Below, one piece after another: positions 10,108-18,455 of a stretch of DNA of 64,000 nucleotides. The stretch's first letter is position 1; each line of letters opens with the position of its first letter. The notes under the pieces were generated by a model, which did not search any database, was not told the DNA's origin, and saw only the letters and a program-made list of their open reading frames with translations. Position numbers and translations under genes: made by a program. The stretch is from positions 189,741 through 253,740 of IMG/VR virus record IMGVR_UViG_3300047320_000285; one strand, given 5' to 3'.

Positions 10108-10150
10108 CCCGCCCCTTCGGGGGCGGGCATTTCCTCGCTTCTTTTTTTTT
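10108..10150 (+). terminator. Intrinsic terminator
   Basis: cccgcccc-ttcg-ggggcggg, with a T9 run downstream. Confidence 0.65.
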
Positions 10151-10157
10151 GGCTCAA

Positions 10158-10607
10158 ATGAACAGAATCGATTTCGATCTCATCGTTAATGAGTTGCGTA
10201 AGGGCTTGCGCCCCCACACCGATCCGATCGCTCAGGCAATCTTGGCGCGCACTCAGTTCTTCCACGAATTCCGCACTATCGGCCTCACAGCGGCTCGGCA
10301 GACGGGTAAGTCCCGTTGGGCCTTCGAGCAGCTGGCGAAGGATCGTAGCGCCTGTATGATCGTCCCCAAGGGCTTAACGCGCGATGAGATCTTTCAGTAC
10401 GAGGATCGCATGGGGGTGGTGAATGTGGATGAACGCACCTTTACGATCCGGGAAGTACAACACCTGATTTGCCGGGACAAGTTTGAAGCGTGGTCAACGA
10501 TTTACTTCGATGATGCCACGCACAAGTACCACTTTCTGAAAAAGCAATTGCTGGAGTATCTGCACAAACACCAGCGTTTTGAGACGACGATTATCCTCGT
10601 CGGTTAA
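10158..10607 (+). CDS. Small stand-alone P-loop NTPase-like protein
   Basis: Walker A-like AARQTGKS and Walker B-like IYFDDA in only 149 aa. Confidence 0.6.
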   Translation: MNRIDFDLIVNELRKGLRPHTDPIAQAILARTQFFHEFRTIGLTAARQTGKSRWAFEQLAKDRSACMIVPKGLTRDEIFQYEDRMGVVNVDERTFTIREVQHLICRDKFEAWSTIYFDDATHKYHFLKKQLLEYLHKHQRFETTIILVG

Positions 10608-10631
10608 ACCTCTTACTGATTACCTACTACA

Positions 10632-10874
10632 ATGAACAACATTGAAAGCCGTGTAAAGCAAATCGTCGCCCATCAGACCGGTGTCTCGGAGACGGCCATC
10701 AGTGGCGAGCAAAACCTCGTCAAGGATCTGGGCATGGACAGTCTCGATGAAGTGGAATGCCTGATGGCGATCGAAGACACCTTCGACCTGCGCATCGAGG
10801 ACGAAGACGCCCGTGAAATGAAGACCGTGCAGCAACTGGTCGATTACGTCACCAAAGCCAAGCAACCGGCGTAA
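10632..10874 (+). CDS. acpP: Acyl carrier protein (AcpP-like), 80 aa
   Basis: IESRVKQIV...DLGMDSLDEVECLMAIEDTF...TVQQLVDYV aligns end to end with bacterial AcpP; phosphopantetheine Ser in DSL is intact. Confidence 0.93.
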   Translation: MNNIESRVKQIVAHQTGVSETAISGEQNLVKDLGMDSLDEVECLMAIEDTFDLRIEDEDAREMKTVQQLVDYVTKAKQPA

Positions 10875-10990
10875 GGGACGGATGATGACTGATGATTACC
10901 GCAGTTGGCTTTCGAGCCGTCTGATGGGCGAAGCCGGATTGGTTGATGATCCGAGCTTCGTATTACCTTCCACGCCACGCACACCGAATA

Positions 10991-11452
10991 ATGACAACCG
11001 ACTCAAGTGTGGTCGAGAAGGAAAAGGCACCCAACTTTTTCTTGTGGACCATTCAAATCCCCCAATGGCGCCGTCACCGAACGGCCGGTCTCAAACTCAT
11101 TGACATCACCGTCAAGAGTGGCGACCACGCGTTTGCCCCGCATGGTTTTGATTTAAAGCAGTACAAGGCCGGAGCGATGTCGGAAGATGAATACACCGAA
11201 CGCTATATGGACAAGATGCTCGAGTCCATGCAGGAGCATAAAAGCCACTGGGACCATCTGTCAGCGTATAAATACGCGGTCTACGGCTGCTACTGTCCGG
11301 AAGGGGCCTACTGCCATCGGCATCTGTTTAAGAACTTGGCCAAAGCCCATCTGGAAGGGATGGGTTGGACGCCTAAGTTGATGGGGGAGTTTCACGGGGA
11401 TCTGGAAGGGTTGGTGATTTCTGATGCGTTCCAACATGCCTGTCCGGCATAA
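10991..11452 (+). CDS. DUF488/YeaO-like protein
   Basis: ITVKSG..AFAP, Y..RY...M and CYC...YCHRH pattern typical of DUF488-like proteins. Confidence 0.55.
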   Translation: MTTDSSVVEKEKAPNFFLWTIQIPQWRRHRTAGLKLIDITVKSGDHAFAPHGFDLKQYKAGAMSEDEYTERYMDKMLESMQEHKSHWDHLSAYKYAVYGCYCPEGAYCHRHLFKNLAKAHLEGMGWTPKLMGEFHGDLEGLVISDAFQHACPA

Positions 11453-11489
11453 AGGCCCAGCCCCCGCAAGGGAGCTGGGCTTTATGCCG
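11445..11489. terminator. Bidirectional terminator, exemplar of the CGGCATAAA...TTTATGCCG element
   Basis: cggcataaag-gcccagc-loop-gctgggc-tttatgccg between convergent genes. Confidence 0.75.
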
Positions 11490-11496
11490 CCGTGGC

Positions 11497-12372
11497 TTAA
11501 ACCACAGCTGCCGTCGCAGCGAGATTGGTGATACCGTTCGAATAGCCTTGGGCTTGCGCCGTGACTTCCGCACTGATCTGCTGTACGAACGCTTGCCGGT
11601 TGTACGGGTTCGCGTTGGTGATGTTGATCGAGTTCAGCAATTGCTGGCAGAACGCGATCACGCCGCTGCCTTGCTGGGCCAAGCAGGAGAACTCGACGTC
11701 CAGCGTGCCGATTTCACCGCCTTGCGTAAGTTCACGCTGGCCACCCAACGAACCGCCGATGCCGTTCTTCGGGTACATGTTCGTGCACAGCCAAGCCTTG
11801 TTGACCTTGGTGTGCGTCGGATCCGGCTCGATAAACGCCATGGTGGCCGAGTAACGATCCGCGAGCATGTCGGGTACAGCGTTGCCGGGGATGGTGTTCA
11901 CGGAAGCGACCTTGCTTTCCGGATCCATCATGCAGTAACGTACCCAGCCGGTGAGGAAGTTGTAGATCGCCAGACCGTAGCGCTCGTTCCAACGGAACGT
12001 CGGGTTGGAGCGCTGCATCGTGACGTTGGTGAACTCTTCCTGAACCTGACCGCCGCCGCCCACCGGATTGGCATCCGAGGTTTCGATGGTCATTTCCATG
12101 TTCAGACCCGTGATCGACAGGGCTTGCAACTCGACGAGCGAGCGCAGGGTGCCGACCCAGAAGTCCGGTTGGTCGAGATTCTGGAACGCCGTGGGCGCCT
12201 CGATCAGCAAACAGATGAGGTTCCGGCGCACGTACGCCTGATTGCTCACCCAGCTGGTCAAGTCCGGCGTGTAGCCGTTTTGGCCACCGTTGCGCAGGTC
12301 GACCATGCTGTTGGTCGTGCCTTTCGCGTAGGCTACGCCTTGCGGCAGAAACACGTTGTTAATTCGACTCAT
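11497..12372 (-). CDS. Tail tube protein (phiKZ gp30-like), 291 aa
   Basis: Size and position immediately downstream of the sheath in the same orientation. Confidence 0.75.
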   Translation of the reverse strand: MSRINNVFLPQGVAYAKGTTNSMVDLRNGGQNGYTPDLTSWVSNQAYVRRNLICLLIEAPTAFQNLDQPDFWVGTLRSLVELQALSITGLNMEMTIETSDANPVGGGGQVQEEFTNVTMQRSNPTFRWNERYGLAIYNFLTGWVRYCMMDPESKVASVNTIPGNAVPDMLADRYSATMAFIEPDPTHTKVNKAWLCTNMYPKNGIGGSLGGQRELTQGGEIGTLDVEFSCLAQQGSGVIAFCQQLLNSINITNANPYNRQAFVQQISAEVTAQAQGYSNGITNLAATAAVV

Positions 12373-12446
12373 TTAGTCTGTCCTCAGTACGAGATCGATA
12401 GAAACCGTTGTCGAGGACCCCGTAAGGGGCCCCCAGCCTTCGGACG

Positions 12447-14579
12447 TTAGCCGGTGGTCGTGGTCGTGCCAGCCGGCAGATCTTCCATGCGGTACGCGCT
12501 GATCTGAAGCGTTTGCACGGTCTTCATGTTGTTCGCGAACAGCTTGATGTTCAGCGACCAGCTGAAACCACGCGCCAAGTCGGCGGCGCTGAAGTACGTG
12601 TCCGGCTGAATCACGAACCGGCCGTCGAAACGTTGGTTCGTGTTGTCGATCACGTACTGGTTGACGCGCGACACCAGCTGGGCGTTGGTGAGCTGCGTGT
12701 TGCCCGAGAAAGCCCGACGCGCACGCTGACCGACCTTTTCCAGTTCCACACAGCCGAGCATCGTGATGATCGACGTGAGCACCGAGGTGTCGTTGTCGTA
12801 CACCGTCTTGAACGCCGGGAAGTACAGCGCCCGACGGCTGAACGATTCGACCCACACCAGCCCGTTGGCCCAGTCCTTGTTGCGCACCGTGCTCGGCGTG
12901 AACGTGACATTCACATTCGAGAACAGGTTCACTTGGTTCTGCGGCCAAATGTCGAAACCACCACCCGGCTTCCAGACGCCGTTGCCGGCACCCATGTAGT
13001 CGGCCAGCTTGTCAGCCAGCTCGATGGTGAGCGGCAGCGGGTTGTCGTACAGCGCGCCCGTGAGCGTGCCCGAACGGCCGATAATCGCACCGCGCATCGT
13101 CGACGTACCGAAGTAGTCCGATTCCGGGAACTGCTGCAACCGCGTCTTCAGTGCCACCGCCAGCGACGATTCTTCGTCAGCCGTGAGCACCGCGCCCGAG
13201 GCGTCGTACGGCGTGAGGAACACCGCCATGTCCTTACGGATAGCGATGACGCTGATCAGGTCGTACTTCGTCTGCAACGGGAAGCCCGTGTCGTACACCA
13301 CCGATTCCGGATAACGGGCGTCGTCCAGATACGGTGAGAGCGGATCCGCGTAGCTCACCACGTCAGCCGACACCAGCCCCGCGAACAGTGCGTTGCTCAT
13401 CGTGCCGTCGCCACCACCCGTGAGGTAGAACGACGAGGCTTCCGACAGGCGCTGCGCGTTGGTGTCTTCCGTGTCCAGTACGATGGCCGTGTAGGGCACG
13501 TTCTGGCTCGACACGCAGCTGAATGGGTTCAGCCGGTACTGGTTGACAGCATCCGTGTCGGTGGTCACGAAGTCCGAGAAGCTGTCCGCGAACGGCTTTT
13601 CAGCGACGAAGAACTCAGCGAGCAGCGTGTCGACGAGCGACTGATACACCGCGAACTTACCGATCGGGCCATACTGGTTCGGCAGACCCGACGGGTCATT
13701 GAGCAGCTGGTAGCTCTTCGGGAACTTCTTGGTGATGTAGAACTCGCTCTCATCGATCGAGCTGATCACCCCGGTTTTCAGACAGAAGTCGATCGACTGC
13801 GACGCGGACTGCGTCGGTACGATCTGCGCCGTGGCGTTGGCGCTGGACTTCTGCAGCATCTGCAGACGAAACGGATACACCCCGTCGGTCGTCAGGCTGG
13901 TGCTGTTGATCGGCGTCGAGGATTGCTCCGTCGGCGCGAACACACGCACACCGATCAAGTCGCCGATGGCGGCTTGGAACGGGTACTCGAAGTCCATGAA
14001 CGGGTAGCGTTGCGACTGCGACGTCGATGCGCTGTCGGTCTGGTCGCCCGGCATGATGGTGCCCTTGCCGAAGCCGGTCGAACCGTCTGTTGCCAGGGCG
14101 ATCGGCGTGACCACCCACTTGATCTTGTAGCCCGTGACGGTCGCCCCTTCGCCCACCACTTGCAACGGATCCCCGTTGGTATCGGTCTTGATGCTGCCAT
14201 CGATATTGCGCTGCCAGTTCGGGACCTGAATCGGACCCAGCACATCCAGCCACAAACGGCCGTTCGAGGGCGGCGGCGCATCGGCCGGCACCACTCGCTG
14301 CATCATCATGCTGTTGCCTTTCGCGTTGACCGTATTGATCAGCGCGGTCGCGTGCGTCGCCCACGGCTTGCGATAGTCGAACGAATCCACGCCATACATC
14401 TGCGTCATCGCATCGCCTACCACCAGCTGCGGGTCGGACGGCCCAGTTTGCGCGTAGGTGTAGACCTTCGGAAGGTGGGTGGGCAGCACTTCCGGCACCG
14501 GTGCCAATGGCCTGGTGCTGTCGTCTTGCACACCCAGCATAACGGTCATCGGCGCGGCGTTCACAATTTGTTGCACCAT
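12447..14579 (-). CDS. Tail sheath protein (phiKZ gp29-like), 710 aa
   Basis: LTGGGDG, VYDTGFPLQTK and C-terminal sheath-like region; divergent from the gp28-27-26-terminase block as in phiKZ. Confidence 0.85.
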   Translation of the reverse strand: MVQQIVNAAPMTVMLGVQDDSTRPLAPVPEVLPTHLPKVYTYAQTGPSDPQLVVGDAMTQMYGVDSFDYRKPWATHATALINTVNAKGNSMMMQRVVPADAPPPSNGRLWLDVLGPIQVPNWQRNIDGSIKTDTNGDPLQVVGEGATVTGYKIKWVVTPIALATDGSTGFGKGTIMPGDQTDSASTSQSQRYPFMDFEYPFQAAIGDLIGVRVFAPTEQSSTPINSTSLTTDGVYPFRLQMLQKSSANATAQIVPTQSASQSIDFCLKTGVISSIDESEFYITKKFPKSYQLLNDPSGLPNQYGPIGKFAVYQSLVDTLLAEFFVAEKPFADSFSDFVTTDTDAVNQYRLNPFSCVSSQNVPYTAIVLDTEDTNAQRLSEASSFYLTGGGDGTMSNALFAGLVSADVVSYADPLSPYLDDARYPESVVYDTGFPLQTKYDLISVIAIRKDMAVFLTPYDASGAVLTADEESSLAVALKTRLQQFPESDYFGTSTMRGAIIGRSGTLTGALYDNPLPLTIELADKLADYMGAGNGVWKPGGGFDIWPQNQVNLFSNVNVTFTPSTVRNKDWANGLVWVESFSRRALYFPAFKTVYDNDTSVLTSIITMLGCVELEKVGQRARRAFSGNTQLTNAQLVSRVNQYVIDNTNQRFDGRFVIQPDTYFSAADLARGFSWSLNIKLFANNMKTVQTLQISAYRMEDLPAGTTTTTG

Positions 14580-14828
14580 TGCGATTCCTTTATTGAATGG
14601 TATGGTTTTCGAAGACGATGCTGCGACGCATCCTGTGTCCTCTCAAGAGGCTGACCATATCAGGGGGAAGCCGTGAGGCCAAGCCTGATGAGAGTGTCAG
14701 TCATAACTATTGGGACTTTTTTCTGCGGCAAACACCATAGTGCTTTCCTATAAGAAAAAATTGCATAGGATGGACGCGTCGTTTTCCTCCCCGTCTCTCT
14801 ATTGACCCTCCCTTTCACGGTGTAGAAC

Positions 14829-15797
14829 ATGACCATTTTCCGTACTGCCTACGACACTCAGGCCTGCCAAGGTTTCGTGTTGCGCCACGTCGAAGACGGC
14901 CTGAAGAAGGCTGACGCGATGGGCTATCTGCGACCGGCTCGTCAGGGCCAGTATTACGAAGTCACCGGCGCCTCCGCCATCGAGCTGGCGATTCCCGGCT
15001 TTGCTCACCCTTACGAAATCAAGCGCGACGGGCTGGATCGGCTCGTCGTCGATATGCGCCCCTATGGTCGCTACGACAATGCGCAAGATACCTTCCAAGT
15101 GCGTAACGCCAGCGGCGCCAAGCTGGCGGTGAGCCGCACCGAGCTGAATCATTTCTGGCTCAACAACAATCCTGAGCTGCTGCGCGACCTGTCACCGCTG
15201 CCGCTCGCGCTGTATTGCGACTTCGTCTCGAAGAATATCGCCAAGCGCTTCGCGCTCGATGCCCGAGAAGAACAGCATCTGCAAGTGTTGGCTGCGTGGT
15301 TCTACGTGTCGTGCTTTACCAACGAAGGCGAACTGACCGAACGTGATCGTGCGCGTTTCGTGCAGACCATCTCGCGGGCGACGTACGTGCCGGCTGAACA
15401 GGTCTTCTCGATTACCGACAAAATCCCGGGTGCCCTACCCCACGTGGCGGCCATGTGCCAGATCGCCTCCGAAGTGGTGGACACCGTGCGCTTGGCCGAT
15501 ATGAACATCGGCGTGTATTTCCAAGTGCTCGCCAGTGCATGGTACGGTGACTCCAGCTCGCGCGAAACCCTGCTGGCCGGGCTCGAGCATCCGCCCACGT
15601 GGCTGGCGATTTTGCTGGCGGCGGCCACCGACCGGTCGTTCAAGAAGACCGGCATCGGCATGCTCTACGAGCGTGAGAAGCCCGCTGACCAGAAACAGTT
15701 CCTGCATTCGGTCCTGAGCCTGCTGAGCAATGAAGACATGAAGCGCATCCGTGACGAGCAGGGCTTCGGCGCTGCTGTAACGAGTGCTGGCCTGTAA
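14829..15797 (+). CDS. Virion structural protein (phiKZ gp28-like), 322 aa
   Basis: Synteny; start MTIFRTAYDT. Confidence 0.7.
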   Translation: MTIFRTAYDTQACQGFVLRHVEDGLKKADAMGYLRPARQGQYYEVTGASAIELAIPGFAHPYEIKRDGLDRLVVDMRPYGRYDNAQDTFQVRNASGAKLAVSRTELNHFWLNNNPELLRDLSPLPLALYCDFVSKNIAKRFALDAREEQHLQVLAAWFYVSCFTNEGELTERDRARFVQTISRATYVPAEQVFSITDKIPGALPHVAAMCQIASEVVDTVRLADMNIGVYFQVLASAWYGDSSSRETLLAGLEHPPTWLAILLAAATDRSFKKTGIGMLYEREKPADQKQFLHSVLSLLSNEDMKRIRDEQGFGAAVTSAGL

Positions 15798-15838
15798 CAG
15801 CGCTCTTCGGATAGGAGAGCGTGCCCTGAGACGACACT

Positions 15839-18436
15839 ATGGCATACAACTATCTTGAAGATCACGCGCTGAAAAATGTCTGGTGTGCTCCCGGCCAAGA
15901 CAAGCAGTCGATCACACAACCAGCGCGTGTGACTCCGTTTGGCGGAGCGTGGAACTACGTGAAGGTCGGCTGGCGGACGCATACCTTGCCGCTGCAGGGC
16001 ATTCGCATGCACGTCTACATGGTCGGTCAGTTGCACCCGACCTTCATGGGTCTGTTCCCGCAGCAGTACCAATGGGTCAACCTCTCGGATGCGATGAACG
16101 CCATGCATCTGATTGCCGACCTCTACACCGACCAAGGCGAGTGCCTGCCGCGGTTTGAAATGTGGTACATGGTCGATGCGGATCGTAACCTGATTCTGGC
16201 GGTACGTGATCCGAAGCCGAACCTGAACCTCGACCTGAATACGCAGGCGTTGTACTTCCGGGTCTACACCAATGCATTCTATCAGTCGCTGCGCGGAATG
16301 AACAATCCCAACGGCATGCAAACCGCTGGGCAGCGCATTGGCACGACCGCGCAGATCCTCACGTTGCAGGCCAAGTTCCAGCAGTTGCAGGGAATTGGCT
16401 CGGGACTGGTGTACGCGTTTGTGAACGGCTACAAGGTCGAGACCATCGATCTGTTCACCTGCAAGGTGGGCGACGTGGTGGAGTATATCTACGACCCGTC
16501 GATCTACAAAGTGGTCACGTGGTCGGTGGCCGACCTGAAGACGTTTGACTCGTTGCTCGATCTGAAGACCAAGTACCTGTTGCATTACGCCGGGGCGATG
16601 GATAACCAGATTGATTACCACGACGACATCGATTTCTTTCTGGTCAATCCGAGCGGGGTGACGACCAACCGTTACAAGGGCATTTACATGCACCGCAATG
16701 GTGGCGACACCATTCGCATGGTCACGCATCGCGATTATTCGGTGGTGGTGCCGTATCTGGTTACATGGGCCGGTTACCAGAACTGGGCCGACCTCAACGG
16801 GTTGCACATTCGCATGCATGTGCGCTACGGCGGGCTGAACCGAGGACTGGTGTTTGAAGACAGCCGCATCCAAGAGTTGTACAAGATGCAGGATGCTGAC
16901 ATCCTCAACGCCATGCTGGGCACCCAGTCGACCGTGTCCGTCTGGCGAGCCGACTATCTGGAGAACTCTGCCTACACCGCGCTGATGCGTAATCCGGTAG
17001 CGTGTCTGCCGCAAGAGCAGGTGGAAGCGGCCTACGGCTACAACGCGATCAGCAAGCTGGTCGGTAACACTCCGGCGTTCACGCGGGACGAAAGCCAGCA
17101 GACCGTGGTGGATGTGCCGTATCTGTTGCAACAAAACGCGGTGGCGTACGAGTACGATGCGCAAGGGCACCTGATGGGTTTCTATCAGACCCCGGGTGGG
17201 TCGATCTACGCGTGTGCCAATACCAATGCGGCGTTGGTGGAAATGATTGCCGGGGTGGGCGACACGCAGCTTGATGAGTTGTATGGGACGAACAACATCA
17301 CGTTGGCCGCGGGGGTCGACTACCGGATGTACACCTGCCCGATCACCAATGGCGTCCCCTCGAATATCTGGACCGATGTGACGGGGAGTGCCAACTATGT
17401 GATTATCAACGGCGTGTTGCAGTGGACCATCGACCAGACCAAGTTCTATACCCTGCTGCGCGGTAACCGCAATGTGCTGGCCTATACGCTGCAGCTCACG
17501 CCTAGCGAAGGGGTGCTGGAATTCTCGCTCACCCAGCGCATGCGTCGACAAGGTACGATCTCGACCTTCGTGATGCAGATCCCGATGGGTGAGCTGGTGT
17601 TGCATCTGAACGGCCATCCGTTGATTGAGAACATCGACTACTTTGTGGTGTTCCCGAAGATCGTGATCGTCAACAAGGCGTATCTGAGCGCTAACCCGGT
17701 GAGTACGCCCCAGCAGATCGACATCCGTTTCTCGGGTCATTGCAAGAGCGACCAGACGCGCGAGAACACCGAAGACGATAGGGGCTTTGTGGTGGACGGC
17801 TTGCTCTCAGCCAACAACCGCTTTGACCTGCGCGACGACAAGGTGTTGCGTATTGTGGTGGGTGGCGCACTGAAAGATCGGTCGCAGCTCGAGTTCGCTG
17901 AAACCGATACAGGGGTGGGGGGTCTGAGTGCGTCGAATGGCTTGCCGTATCTAATCCGCGACATCGTGGTGCCGATGCGGACCTTGACGCAAAGCGACAC
18001 GTACACGATGCGAGCGCACTCGCTCGCGATCGATCAGATGGTCGGCGACTACCTGAGCAGCAAGATTCCGGAACCGGCGCTGCCGCAACCGATCGTGATC
18101 CCGGCGCTGTACCGCTTGTATTCACCGTTCCTGTCGAAGATCATCTACGATCTAAAAGCAGGGATTCTGAATGACGAACGGTTGTACGGCCCGATGTCGA
18201 CTGCGCTGGCCATGCAGATCGTGCAGCCTTACGAGTACTTGCTCGCGTTTGACCCGTCCCAGCAAAACACGCTGACCGATCCGAACTTCACCGCCGTCGA
18301 TCCGACCAACGTGATGACGGTGATCCAGTTGGACGCGTATCAGTATCGGTTGGCGATGATGGTGGCCAAGCAATACTGTCCGACGGTCTCGCTCAGTCAG
18401 TTCGTTTCGATTACGCCTGTTGCGCAGGCAAGCTGA
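15839..18436 (+). CDS. Virion/baseplate structural protein (phiKZ gp27-like), 865 aa
   Basis: Synteny and size; start MAYNYLEDHALKNVWCAP. Confidence 0.7.
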   Translation: MAYNYLEDHALKNVWCAPGQDKQSITQPARVTPFGGAWNYVKVGWRTHTLPLQGIRMHVYMVGQLHPTFMGLFPQQYQWVNLSDAMNAMHLIADLYTDQGECLPRFEMWYMVDADRNLILAVRDPKPNLNLDLNTQALYFRVYTNAFYQSLRGMNNPNGMQTAGQRIGTTAQILTLQAKFQQLQGIGSGLVYAFVNGYKVETIDLFTCKVGDVVEYIYDPSIYKVVTWSVADLKTFDSLLDLKTKYLLHYAGAMDNQIDYHDDIDFFLVNPSGVTTNRYKGIYMHRNGGDTIRMVTHRDYSVVVPYLVTWAGYQNWADLNGLHIRMHVRYGGLNRGLVFEDSRIQELYKMQDADILNAMLGTQSTVSVWRADYLENSAYTALMRNPVACLPQEQVEAAYGYNAISKLVGNTPAFTRDESQQTVVDVPYLLQQNAVAYEYDAQGHLMGFYQTPGGSIYACANTNAALVEMIAGVGDTQLDELYGTNNITLAAGVDYRMYTCPITNGVPSNIWTDVTGSANYVIINGVLQWTIDQTKFYTLLRGNRNVLAYTLQLTPSEGVLEFSLTQRMRRQGTISTFVMQIPMGELVLHLNGHPLIENIDYFVVFPKIVIVNKAYLSANPVSTPQQIDIRFSGHCKSDQTRENTEDDRGFVVDGLLSANNRFDLRDDKVLRIVVGGALKDRSQLEFAETDTGVGGLSASNGLPYLIRDIVVPMRTLTQSDTYTMRAHSLAIDQMVGDYLSSKIPEPALPQPIVIPALYRLYSPFLSKIIYDLKAGILNDERLYGPMSTALAMQIVQPYEYLLAFDPSQQNTLTDPNFTAVDPTNVMTVIQLDAYQYRLAMMVAKQYCPTVSLSQFVSITPVAQAS

Positions 18437-18455
18437 TTTTTAAAGGAAACAACGC

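Noticed and set aside
10882-11103. 73-aa ORF between ACP and the DUF488-like gene
   Set aside because: It overlaps the better-supported DUF488-like ORF by over 100 nt and has no recognisable features; it cannot be supported.
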